This document shows, piece by piece, positions 8,052 to 17,076 of a stretch of 27,775 nucleotides of DNA. A program made the position numbers and the translations under genes. Below the pieces are notes generated by a model. The model had not been told where the DNA came from. It saw only the letters and a program-made list of their open reading frames with translations, and searched no databases. Location: NCBI GenBank assembly GCA_046754105.1, contig JBHHVD010000040.1, forward strand, positions 1 to 27,775, written 5' to 3'. Positions within the stretch are counted from its first letter, which is position 1; the number at the start of each line of letters is the position of its first letter. The stretch comes from Candidatus Krumholzibacteriia bacterium (GTDB lineage Bacteria > Krumholzibacteriota > Krumholzibacteriia > WVZY01).

Positions 8052-8809
8052 GCAAGATGTTCGACTCATTGAAATGGGCGGAGGGAAGGCGGCGCAAGAG
8101 CGTATCCCGGCCGCCTGAGCCGGCGCCGCAGCCGAAACGGGAAGCGGCCGTCGAGCCCAGGGTCGTCGACACCACGGGACTGCCCGATGAGTTCATCAAC
8201 GAGCTGGGGGCGCTTCGCAATTCGTTGGAAGGGGTGTTCACTCGGGAGAAGCGGTCGATTCTTTTTGCGAGCGCCGCGTCGGGTGAAGGGACGACGACGA
8301 TCGCGGCGAATTTCGCATGGTTCCTGTCGATGCAGGGGATGGGAAGAGTGCTGCTGTGCGAGATGAACGCGCGCAGACCGGCGTTCACCAGCCTCTTTGC
8401 GATCAACGGCAACGTGGGCACGACGGACTATTTCGCCTCGCCCCACGACCTGATGTCGCTGGTTCAAAGGCCGCACGGAGGCGGAATGGGAGTGGTCCAT
8501 GCAGGGGGGCGGGATCCGACCGTCATCCAGCTGCGTCTCAAGCAGGTGATGCCCCGCCTGGTCGCCGAGGCGCTGCAACATTACGACACGGTAATCATCG
8601 ACGCACCGCCGGTCATCAGCTGCCCCGAAACGCCAGCCATGACGGGTTTCGTAGACGGCGTGGTACTCGTGGTCCAGGCGGAGAGGACGAGGCGTGAGGT
8701 CGTGCTGCGTTCGATGGAATCGATCGCTAATTTTCAGGGAAACGTTCTCGGAGTCGTTCTCAACCGGAAGAAGTACTACATTCCCGAGTTTCTCTACCGG
8801 CGTATCTAG
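8048..8809 (+). CDS. CpsD/CapB-family BY-kinase-like protein with degenerate Walker A
   Basis: SAASGEGTTT (Walker A lacking Lys), CEMNARRP (Walker A'), VIIDAPP (Walker B), VDGVVLVV, LGVVLN and tail KKYYIPEFLYRRI. ATGA overlap with the upstream gene. Confidence 0.88.
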   Translation: MSKMFDSLKWAEGRRRKSVSRPPEPAPQPKREAAVEPRVVDTTGLPDEFINELGALRNSLEGVFTREKRSILFASAASGEGTTTIAANFAWFLSMQGMGRVLLCEMNARRPAFTSLFAINGNVGTTDYFASPHDLMSLVQRPHGGGMGVVHAGGRDPTVIQLRLKQVMPRLVAEALQHYDTVIIDAPPVISCPETPAMTGFVDGVVLVVQAERTRREVVLRSMESIANFQGNVLGVVLNRKKYYIPEFLYRRI

Positions 8810-8851
8810 CCCTCTTCGTGATCCCGGATACGGTCAGCAGCAATCACCCCG

Positions 8852-10015
8852 ATGAAGAACAACCCGAACGAAATCCTCGTGGCGCTGTCTCGTCAGATCG
8901 GCCGCGAGGTCGTCGCCAGCCTGGGCGATGACAACGTCGAATCGATCTTCGTAACGGGGAGCGTTGCGCGGGGTGAGGCGGCGGGTTACGTCGCCGGCGG
9001 TTTCGTGGAGGTCTATTCGGACGTTGACGTCGCCGTCGTGGTCGACGACGCGGTGGACCTCGACGAGTGCCGCATGGTCGCGAAGCGGATTGCATCCGCC
9101 CACGAACGGCAAACCGATTCGTACCGCGTGTTCCCGGTGCCGGACGTGGGCGTGTTTACACACGATGATCTTCGCGCCCAGCGGGCGCGCCCCGGCACGG
9201 TGGACATGGACCGCGCGCGCCAGGTGATCTTTGGGAGCGATCGAGCGCCGGAGGGGGCCAACGGCCGCTCACCGTCGGGCATCGACAGGAGCGAGGCGTT
9301 GTACCTGCTGGAACACCGGCTGCTGGAGAGCCGCGAGGTATGCAGCGGGACGGGTGGTGAGGGGCATGAGAGATATGCGCACTACGTAACGCTCAAAAAC
9401 GGCCTCGACGCGGTAAGCGCCATTCTGATCGGGCTGGGCAAGTACGAGCCGTCGAGGGAGGAGCGGCTGCGGGTCTTCTGGCGGGAAGAGACGCAGAGGG
9501 CCGCCGCGCGGCTGCTCTCGCCCGGGGCGGTGGAGACGATCCGTGCGTGCGAGGCCGCGATGCGGGACCTGCAGGGAGCCTTGGTTCCCGGGGCAGACGA
9601 TTTTGCCGCCCGGCGCCTGGAGGTGGATCGCCTCCTGCTGCGTTTGTGGAAGAGCGTCAGCGACGACGCCGCTGGGCGGGCGGGGGAGGGCTGGTACGAT
9701 GCCATCCGCCGGCGCACGGCCGGCGGCACGGCGCACCGCCGCGTGAGGGAACTGATGGTGCTTGCGCGGCGGAGATCCGTTTCGCGTCCGCAGGTCCTCC
9801 TCGGCGCCCGGCGCCTGGCGCGGTTTTCACCGGTCGATACGTTAAGACTCATCGGCCTGATCGAGTCGCTGCTGGCGGTGTGTGCCGACGAGGTGACGGA
9901 TGCGCGTATCGAGCGGGAATTTCTGGGCATGGTGGACGGGTTGACCCGCAGGTTCGGATTCCGGGAAGGGTCGTTATTCCGCCGGGGACGGGAAATGTAC
10001 AGGGCGATCACATGA
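8852..10015 (+). CDS. Uncharacterised Pol-beta superfamily nucleotidyltransferase with a helical C-terminal region
   Basis: IFVTGSVARGE...YSDVDVAVV matches hG[GS]...DhD, with a candidate third Asp in VPDVGVF. No signal peptide. Confidence 0.7.
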   Translation: MKNNPNEILVALSRQIGREVVASLGDDNVESIFVTGSVARGEAAGYVAGGFVEVYSDVDVAVVVDDAVDLDECRMVAKRIASAHERQTDSYRVFPVPDVGVFTHDDLRAQRARPGTVDMDRARQVIFGSDRAPEGANGRSPSGIDRSEALYLLEHRLLESREVCSGTGGEGHERYAHYVTLKNGLDAVSAILIGLGKYEPSREERLRVFWREETQRAAARLLSPGAVETIRACEAAMRDLQGALVPGADDFAARRLEVDRLLLRLWKSVSDDAAGRAGEGWYDAIRRRTAGGTAHRRVRELMVLARRRSVSRPQVLLGARRLARFSPVDTLRLIGLIESLLAVCADEVTDARIEREFLGMVDGLTRRFGFREGSLFRRGREMYRAIT

Positions 10016-11163
10016 GCCACGGCGCGGCAAGGACGCACGTAACCGTTCTCATCCTGATCGACGCGCTCGGCTGGGAGATCGTGCGGCGGTTTGGTTTCTG
10101 CAGGGATCTGCTGCCGCACGCGGGGGTGACGGACACCGTTCTGGGCTACAGCAGCGCGGCGATCCCGTCTCTGCTGAGCGGACAACCGCCGTCGTCCCAC
10201 GGGATATGGGCGATGTACCGCTACGACCCGGATGGGTCGCCGTTCAAGGTCTTCCGCTACCTGCCGCGCCTGCCCCACGCGCTCGAGTGGCGCGCGCGCG
10301 CCGCCACCCGCTGGGCGCTTCGCAAGCGAAACACGATCCGGGGCTACTACGATCTCTACGAGATCCCGCTCGACGTCCTGGGAAATTTCGACGTCGCGCA
10401 CCATGGCGACCCCTACCAACCCGGCGGGTTGAGCCGGCAGACGCTGTTCGATGACCTGGTGGGCCGTGGAGTCCGCTACCGGCTATGGAACTATCGAACC
10501 CCCGAAGCGAGCAACTTCTCGGCGCTGCAGGACGCGATCTCCGGCGATGCCGAGGTGTTGTTTTTCTACACTCCGGAACTGGACGCGCTCATGCACCACG
10601 TCGGCATATTTCACGAGCAAGTGGGCTCGAAGCTGGAGAGTTACGAAGCGCAGGTTCGCGCGCTCCTGCGCCGGGCCGAGCAGGCCGGCAAAACGGTGTC
10701 GGTCTACCTGTTCAGCGACCACGGCATGACCGACGTGCACGAGGTCGTGGACCTGATGGCGGCCGTCGGGGAATGGGGCTACGGTCCCGGTGGAGAGGTG
10801 CTTGCGTTTTACGATTCGACCATGGCACGTTTCTGGTGCCGCGGTGAGACCCGGCGCGGCCTGGTCGAGAGGCTAAGCGCCACGGGGTGGGGGCACGTCG
10901 TCTCCGAGTCCGAGCTGGAGAGGTTCGGCTGCCGATTCGAGGACTGCTCGTACGGGGACGTGATTTTCTTGCTCTCCCCCGGCCACTTGATCATACCGAG
11001 TTTCATGGGCCGGGTGCCCCTGGCGGCCATGCACGGATACCACCCGGATGACCGGTATTCGAAGGGATGTTTTATGACCAACGTCAACCGTGCGCGGTTA
11101 CCGGGGTCCATCCTGGAGCTGAGGAATTATTTCCTCGACGCCATCGGACGGGGCGCGCAGTGA
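10012..11163 (+). CDS. Alkaline phosphatase superfamily protein (nucleotide pyrophosphatase/phosphodiesterase-like), apparently cytoplasmic
   Basis: LILIDALG, LGYSSAAIPSLLSG, ELDALMH, FSDHGM and AMHGY metal-ligand motifs. The true start is ATG 10012, overlapping the upstream TGA (ATGA). Confidence 0.85.
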   Translation: MSHGAARTHVTVLILIDALGWEIVRRFGFCRDLLPHAGVTDTVLGYSSAAIPSLLSGQPPSSHGIWAMYRYDPDGSPFKVFRYLPRLPHALEWRARAATRWALRKRNTIRGYYDLYEIPLDVLGNFDVAHHGDPYQPGGLSRQTLFDDLVGRGVRYRLWNYRTPEASNFSALQDAISGDAEVLFFYTPELDALMHHVGIFHEQVGSKLESYEAQVRALLRRAEQAGKTVSVYLFSDHGMTDVHEVVDLMAAVGEWGYGPGGEVLAFYDSTMARFWCRGETRRGLVERLSATGWGHVVSESELERFGCRFEDCSYGDVIFLLSPGHLIIPSFMGRVPLAAMHGYHPDDRYSKGCFMTNVNRARLPGSILELRNYFLDAIGRGAQ

Positions 11164-12689
11164 CGGGGACGGCACGGCGATTGGGAGCGGCGGTGTTCTG
11201 GAGCGTTTTCGGACGGGTCGGGCGCTTTTCGCTCGGACTACTCAGCAGTGTCATCGTCGTTCGCTCCCTCGGCGACCACGATTACGGCGTCCTCAGCCTG
11301 TTGCGCACCGTGCTGGCGTTCGCCGTCGTGATCGCGGGAGTGGGCCTCGGCCAGAGCGTCCTGAAATACCTCCCCGTACACCGGGTGGCCGGCGACCGCC
11401 GGGGCGCGGTGACGCTGGTGCGCCGGGTAGCCGTCATCCAGGCCGGCGCCTGGGTCGGCCTGCTGGCACTCGCATACCTCGCCGCGCCCGCCTTCGAGGG
11501 CGCCTTTCAAATCGAAGGCGCGGCGGATTTGCTGGTGGCGGCGGTGGCGCTTGCGTTTTTCGAACTGGCCCTGACCGTTTTGACCCACATTCTAAACGCG
11601 TCGTACGACACGAAGCTCTTGAGTGCCGCCGGGGTGGTCTCGCACGGGATCTTCATCGGGCTGTTGCTCGTATTGCTGCCCCGGGGTTGGGGGGTGCTCG
11701 GCGTGCTGGTGGCCGGGGCGGCCGGCCAGTTCGCAACGTGCGCGCTGGTGGTGAAGACGGCCGGCAGGGCGGTGCGTGCGGTGGCCGACGATCCGCAGGA
11801 GAAGGCGGCCGGTATCAACCGCGCGCGGTTGCTGCGCTTTTCGGTCCCGTTCGGCCTGATAGGGGTCTTGAATATGATCGTCTGGCGCCAATCCGAGACG
11901 TTGTTCCTGGCCCATTTCCGCGGCCCGTCCGAGACCGGATTTTTTGATCTGGCCTACCGCTTGCCACAGACGGTACTCGAGTTCATCCCGGGCACCGTGT
12001 GGCCCATTGTCATGGCCGGATTCTCGGAGGCCTACGCGAGAAACGAAGAGAATCTCAAGCTCGTTGTCGAAAAATACTACCGGATGCTCTTCTTGTTGTC
12101 GATGCCGGTATGCCTTTTTGGTATTGCACTCGGGGGGCGCATGATCCCGATCCTCTTTGGCGAGGCGATGCGACCGGCCGCCGTACCGGCACAGGTGTTC
12201 TTCGGCATCTTTACCTTTTCGATGTTCTCGACGCCACTGAGCATGGCGCTTTATGTAATGGAGAAGACACACGTCAATTTGCTAATATATTTGTTCCTGG
12301 CGCTGGTGAACGTTGGGTTGGACCTGGTACTTATCCCCAAATATGGTATAACGGGAGCCGTCATTCCCGTCGCCCTGGTTATTCTGCTATCGCCTTTCAT
12401 TTATAAGCACGCGCTGGGACGGTTCGTGTCGGGCGTCACCGTACCGCTCGGGTTCATCGGCAAGTGTTTCCTGGCGTCGAGTCCGATCCTGCTGCTGCTG
12501 CCGCTCGCGGGACTGGTGGGTGGTGTGTTGGAGTTGGGCGCTGCGGCCGTAATAGCGGCAATCGCAGTCGTGTTGGCGATCAAGAAGACGGGCCTGATCG
12601 GGCAGGACGAGGCGGATTTGCTGAGTTCGATCCCGGCAGCGTCCGGGCTGGTACGGTTTATGACATCACGCGGAGGTATCCATGCATAG
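11160..12689 (+). CDS. wzx: Wzx-type oligosaccharide flippase (MOP superfamily)
   Basis: About 14 TM segments, RSLG..DYGV, LLRFSVP and LIPKYGITGA. GTG start at 11160 in a GTGA overlap. Confidence 0.88.
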   Translation: MTGTARRLGAAVFWSVFGRVGRFSLGLLSSVIVVRSLGDHDYGVLSLLRTVLAFAVVIAGVGLGQSVLKYLPVHRVAGDRRGAVTLVRRVAVIQAGAWVGLLALAYLAAPAFEGAFQIEGAADLLVAAVALAFFELALTVLTHILNASYDTKLLSAAGVVSHGIFIGLLLVLLPRGWGVLGVLVAGAAGQFATCALVVKTAGRAVRAVADDPQEKAAGINRARLLRFSVPFGLIGVLNMIVWRQSETLFLAHFRGPSETGFFDLAYRLPQTVLEFIPGTVWPIVMAGFSEAYARNEENLKLVVEKYYRMLFLLSMPVCLFGIALGGRMIPILFGEAMRPAAVPAQVFFGIFTFSMFSTPLSMALYVMEKTHVNLLIYLFLALVNVGLDLVLIPKYGITGAVIPVALVILLSPFIYKHALGRFVSGVTVPLGFIGKCFLASSPILLLLPLAGLVGGVLELGAAAVIAAIAVVLAIKKTGLIGQDEADLLSSIPAASGLVRFMTSRGGIHA

Positions 12690-13353
12690 AGAACTGTCAA
12701 TCAGCGTCGTCATCCCTTGTTATAACGAGGAGGAAGGCGTACAGACGGTGATCAAGTCGCTTCCCGAGTGCGTCGATGAAGTCGTCGTCGTGGACAACAA
12801 CTGCACGGACCGGACCGCCGAGGTTGCGCGGGCCCTTGGCGCCCGGGTGGTAGCGGAAACACGCAAGGGCTACGGCGCGGCGTACAAGGCCGGTCTGCCG
12901 GCGGTGACCGGTGATATTACCATTACGATGGACGGGGACGGTACCTATCCCTCCGAGCAAATAGAGGACCTGGTCGACTACCTGGTCGATAACGAGCTCG
13001 ATTTCGTCTCGGCTTCCCGGTTCCCGCTCAACAACCCCGACGCGATGAGCTTTACGAACAAGATCGGCAACGTGGTCTTGACCGTCGCGATGCTGCTGCT
13101 GTACGGCACGGGTATCAAGGATTCTCAGTCAGGAATGTGGGTCTACCGGTCCAGTGTCTATAAGCGCATGAAGGTAACGAGCGACGGTATGCCGTTCTCG
13201 GAAGAAATCAAGATAGAGGCCATTCGGGGAAAGGGCATTCGTTTCGGCGAGTACCACGTCAACTATCATCCCCGGGTCGGAGAAGTCAAGCTGGACAAGT
13301 GGCGTGATGGTTTTCGCAATCTCTCGTTTCTAGTGCAAAAGAGGTTCCAATAG
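12682..13353 (+). CDS. GT2 glycosyltransferase, DPM1/GtrB-like (polyprenol-phosphate sugar synthase type)
   Basis: VVIPCYNEE, VVVVDNNCTD, GYGAA, MDGDGTY, DSQSG and R.GEVKL...DG. SD GGAGG. Confidence 0.9.
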   Translation: MHRELSISVVIPCYNEEEGVQTVIKSLPECVDEVVVVDNNCTDRTAEVARALGARVVAETRKGYGAAYKAGLPAVTGDITITMDGDGTYPSEQIEDLVDYLVDNELDFVSASRFPLNNPDAMSFTNKIGNVVLTVAMLLLYGTGIKDSQSGMWVYRSSVYKRMKVTSDGMPFSEEIKIEAIRGKGIRFGEYHVNYHPRVGEVKLDKWRDGFRNLSFLVQKRFQ

Positions 13354-13361
13354 GGAAGCGC

Positions 13362-15914
13362 TTGCGAATATTCTCCCTGCCACTGCTGGGGTTGATGCTC
13401 ACCGGGCTGGTCGCTTCGGGCCTCGTCAGCCTCTTTTCTCCTTTTTTGCGCTTCTGCGTTCTCTTCCTCTTGTATTCCGTGCTGAGCGGGGAGTTGATCC
13501 GCTCCGCCGCATGGGGCGGGCACTCGTGCCCGCCGGCACTGCGCCTGCCACTGGCGTTCTTGCTCGGTGCAGGTTTTTACGCGGTGGTCGGCTGGATCTG
13601 CGCGGTGTCGGGTGTGGGCTTCTCGGTGTACGTGGTCGTATTGCAGGTAGTGGCCTTCGTTCTCTTCGGAGCGGTTTTCGTCGCAGGCTCCCGGCGGAGC
13701 GAAGGGAGGGCGATCCGCGCGCCCGGCTTCCGCGATCGCCTCGCACAGCGGCTCTTCGTCGCCGCCGCGCTGGGGACCGCCGTGTTCTTCTTCGTCTTTC
13801 CTCCGGTGTTGAACCACGTCGGCGACGCCTACGACCACATCGGGTACGTGCGCGCCATCGCCTCCGAGAACCGTCTCTTTCCCGAGGGTGTGCTGGCGCC
13901 GGTGGCCGGCGAGGCCGTGGAGACACCGAAGAGCGATCCGCGCAAGGGCACGTTTCACCCGCTCGTGGCCGCGGTGGCGTCGCTCGCCGGTCTGGATCCG
14001 GCCGCGGTATGGCGGTGGATGCCGATCTTCCTGGCGCCGATCGCCGTGCTGGCGTTCGCCGCCTTCGCGCGAGCGCTCTTGCCCGGCCCCGGTTACGCGC
14101 TGGGCGCCCTGGTGCTGTTCTTCCTCTTTCAGGGTGGCCGCGGGGTGGAGTTTCTATCCACCGTCTCGTACGGGCAGCATTTCGCGCTGGTCGCGTACTG
14201 GCTGCTCGTGGTAGTCACGCTCGAGTACGGCCGTTCCCCGTCGCGCGGCAAGCTCGTCGCCCTCGTGCTGCTCCTGGGCGGAGGGGCGTTCATCCATTTC
14301 GACGTGCTCATTCATTTCGGGCTTTTCGTGTTGTCGCTCCTGTTGTTTTCACGCGCGTTTTCGATCGGCCTGCACGCCGCGGTGCGCATCGTCGCAGCCT
14401 CGATCGTTTGTGCCGTCGTGGTCTTGGTCTGGAAGCTGACCGTCTCCTACGAGCCCGGCAACGAGTTGCACACGCACCCGCAGGGACTCCTCTATTTTTT
14501 CGACGTCGGCGACGCGCATTTCGTCCCCAGTCCGGTCGAGCTGCTCAAGAAGAACGGGCTGCTCTTTCTCGTGGGAATGTGTATGGTGCCTTTCCTGCCT
14601 TTGCTGCGCAGACACCACCGCTGCGCCGGGATGTGCCTGGCCCTGGCGCTGCCGCCGCTCGTGATCGCGATGAACCCGTGGGCCGCTCCCGCCGTCTACG
14701 AGCGGGGCGCCTACCTGCTGCACCGATTTCTGCTCAACGTCCCCGCGCACGTGATCACGGTGTTGACGTTGGGCTCCCTGGTCACGTGGGGCCGCGGAGG
14801 CAACCTCGCGCGAAAGGCTCTCGCGCTCGTTGTGCTCTTCGCGTGGGCCAAGGTCTTCTTGCTGTCGGCGGCGGGGTGGAGTGCGCGGGCGAAGCCGCTG
14901 GCGTTCGGGGGTGCGGGCAACCAGCCCGCCGGTGAGGTGGGGGAGTTGATCGATTTCATGCGGCGCTCGGTGCCGGCGGGCGCGGTGGTGGTGAGCGACC
15001 CGGTGACGAGCTATGTGTTGAGCGCGTACACCGACACGCGCACCGTCGCCGTTCTCCACCAGCACGCCACACCAAACGACCGGCACCCGTTCGAGCGCTT
15101 GCGGACGGCGCGCTCCGTCGTCTCGCCGCTTGGCAGCCAGCACGAGGTGCTGCGTGCACTCGAGGAGTACGACGTATCCTACGTCATCGTAAACGGAGCC
15201 TACCGAGCGCCCGTCACGGAGTTCCTCGCCTTCTGGGACCCGGCGCACGCGCGGCTTACCACCCAGAAACTCGACGGCATGGACGGCGCCCTCGAACGGG
15301 TGTACGAATCGGAGCGGATCACGATGTACGCCGTGACGGGAGAGCGCATGGGGGAGTACACGTGGTTCCCGAGCCTTCCCTTCCTGGACGAGCCGGAGCA
15401 CGCGGTCGCCGCGTGTGCGGGAACGGATACGTCCGGGCCGATCCGGATCACGGGGGCGTCGATACACCCCCGGCAGGCGCTGCCCGGCGAAGAGGTCCGG
15501 CTGACCGTCGCCTACCGGCGCCGCGACCGGCCGCGCTCTCCGCTGCCGCTCAAACTCCACGTCCGTTTGCAGGATCGGGCGTATTTCGCCGCTGCGAGAC
15601 GGTACCCGGGCGACAAACACGTCCGCCGCGCTCTCGAAAGACGGCAGGGGGCCTTCCGGCGTTTCCGTTACGATCACGTGCCGTTCCGGGGTGAGCTGAC
15701 GGCGGACATGTGGCCGATCGAGGAAGAGATCTATGAGACGATTCCCCTGCGCCTGCCCACGAACCTCGGCGAGGGGCTCTACGATGTCGAGTTGCGCCTG
15801 GTGCACGATACGCTGATACCCAACTTTGCGCTGCGAGATTTCGTGTTCAACGATGATTCCTACGGGGGAGAGGTGTGCGCCCAACTGGACGTGCGCCGAT
15901 CGCTTAGCCGGTGA
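13362..15914 (+). CDS. Large polytopic membrane protein, probable GT-C-fold glycosyltransferase with a C-terminal extracytoplasmic domain
   Basis: 850 aa with more than 12 TM segments, a GDAYDH loop motif, a post-TM 'VVVSDP...YDVSYVIV' domain typical of GT-C proteins, and a beta-rich C-terminus. TTG start. Confidence 0.6.
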   Translation: MRIFSLPLLGLMLTGLVASGLVSLFSPFLRFCVLFLLYSVLSGELIRSAAWGGHSCPPALRLPLAFLLGAGFYAVVGWICAVSGVGFSVYVVVLQVVAFVLFGAVFVAGSRRSEGRAIRAPGFRDRLAQRLFVAAALGTAVFFFVFPPVLNHVGDAYDHIGYVRAIASENRLFPEGVLAPVAGEAVETPKSDPRKGTFHPLVAAVASLAGLDPAAVWRWMPIFLAPIAVLAFAAFARALLPGPGYALGALVLFFLFQGGRGVEFLSTVSYGQHFALVAYWLLVVVTLEYGRSPSRGKLVALVLLLGGGAFIHFDVLIHFGLFVLSLLLFSRAFSIGLHAAVRIVAASIVCAVVVLVWKLTVSYEPGNELHTHPQGLLYFFDVGDAHFVPSPVELLKKNGLLFLVGMCMVPFLPLLRRHHRCAGMCLALALPPLVIAMNPWAAPAVYERGAYLLHRFLLNVPAHVITVLTLGSLVTWGRGGNLARKALALVVLFAWAKVFLLSAAGWSARAKPLAFGGAGNQPAGEVGELIDFMRRSVPAGAVVVSDPVTSYVLSAYTDTRTVAVLHQHATPNDRHPFERLRTARSVVSPLGSQHEVLRALEEYDVSYVIVNGAYRAPVTEFLAFWDPAHARLTTQKLDGMDGALERVYESERITMYAVTGERMGEYTWFPSLPFLDEPEHAVAACAGTDTSGPIRITGASIHPRQALPGEEVRLTVAYRRRDRPRSPLPLKLHVRLQDRAYFAAARRYPGDKHVRRALERRQGAFRRFRYDHVPFRGELTADMWPIEEEIYETIPLRLPTNLGEGLYDVELRLVHDTLIPNFALRDFVFNDDSYGGEVCAQLDVRRSLSR

Positions 15915-15927
15915 CAGCGAGGCCCGC

Positions 15928-17076
15928 ATGATCCACGTGTGTTACATGGTCGATGCTCCGTACGCCGGCGGGGCGGAGCGCTACGTTGCACTGCTGGCCG
16001 AATCGCTCGATCGCAGCCGGTTCGTGCCCTCGGTGGTGGCCCGTTCGGGGGACGGTCTCGACGAGTGGTGCAATGACCTGCGGGCGCGGGGTATTGCGGT
16101 CAGCCGCGTGCGCATGAACCTGCCGTACCGCCCCGGTGACCTGCTCGGGATCGTTCGTGCGCTCGCGAGCCATCGCCCTCACCTCGTCCACGTCAACATG
16201 CCCGGCCCCTACGACGGCCAGATGGGACTTCTCGCCCCCGTCGCCCGTTTCGCCGGCGCGGGTGCGGTGGTAGTCACCGAACACCTGCCCATGGTGGGGC
16301 GCTTGTGGAAGCGCGCGCTCGTCAAGGCCGTGGCCTACCACTGGGTCGACAGGGTGCTGACCATATGCGACGACAACGTTCCTTATCTCAAGGGATTACA
16401 GAATGTACCTGATGAGCGAATCGAAGTGATTTACAACGGGCTGCCCGGCGATTTCGGGAGCGGCCGCGAGCGGCTTCGGCGCAGGGCCCGGGCCGGGCTC
16501 GGGCTCGACGACGAGACCGTGGCCGTCGGGTTCGTCGGCGCCCTGGTGGAGCACAAGGGTGGGGGCGTCTTGATCGAGGCGGCGGCGGGTATCGAGGAGG
16601 GGCCCTGGCAGCTCATCGTGGTGGGCGACGGGGAGCAGAGGTCCGGCCTCGAGGAGAGCGCGCGCTCGCTCGGCATCACCGGTGGCGTGCGGTTTCTCGG
16701 GCAGCGGTCCGCCGCGGAAGTGGAGGAGATTCTCTGTGCGCTGGACCTCCTTGCGGCGCCTTCCTTCGTCGAGGGAATGCCGTATGTTATTCTGGAAGCG
16801 ATGGCGTGTTCGCTGCCGGTCGTGGCGAGCGCGGTGAACGGTATCCCGGAGGCAGTCGTTGACGGGAAAACCGCGCTGCTGGTGCCGCCGGGGGACGTGG
16901 GCGCGCTGCGTGGGGGCCTGGCCCGTCTCGTCCGGGAACCGGAGACGCGGAGGCGGATGGGCGAGCGGGGACGCGATCGTTTCGAACGGTTGTTCACCGT
17001 GCAAAGGCAGGTTGCATCCGTGCAACGGAGCTATCTCGAGTTGTTGGGGGCACGCGATCACGGGAGAACGCGTTGA
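15928..17076 (+). CDS. GT4 glycosyltransferase
   Basis: GGAERY, VIYNG, HKG and EGMPYVILEAMA (Ex7E). Start set at ATG 15928, after the upstream stop. Confidence 0.92.
   Translation: MIHVCYMVDAPYAGGAERYVALLAESLDRSRFVPSVVARSGDGLDEWCNDLRARGIAVSRVRMNLPYRPGDLLGIVRALASHRPHLVHVNMPGPYDGQMGLLAPVARFAGAGAVVVTEHLPMVGRLWKRALVKAVAYHWVDRVLTICDDNVPYLKGLQNVPDERIEVIYNGLPGDFGSGRERLRRRARAGLGLDDETVAVGFVGALVEHKGGGVLIEAAAGIEEGPWQLIVVGDGEQRSGLEESARSLGITGGVRFLGQRSAAEVEEILCALDLLAAPSFVEGMPYVILEAMACSLPVVASAVNGIPEAVVDGKTALLVPPGDVGALRGGLARLVREPETRRRMGERGRDRFERLFTVQRQVASVQRSYLELLGARDHGRTR

Noticed and set aside
9547..10011. N-terminal extensions in the ORF track (9547, 11067, 15826, 22038, 25322 and 3724)
   Set aside because: Most overlap the upstream gene and are low-complexity. 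Stop/start overlaps, SD sites or the upstream stop position identify later starts.
8852..11163. NTase as a CBASS cyclase or MNT-HEPN toxin-antitoxin defence system
   Set aside because: There are no Cap effector or Cap2/3 genes and no separate HEPN toxin gene. The pair is translationally coupled into the glycan operon with matching composition.
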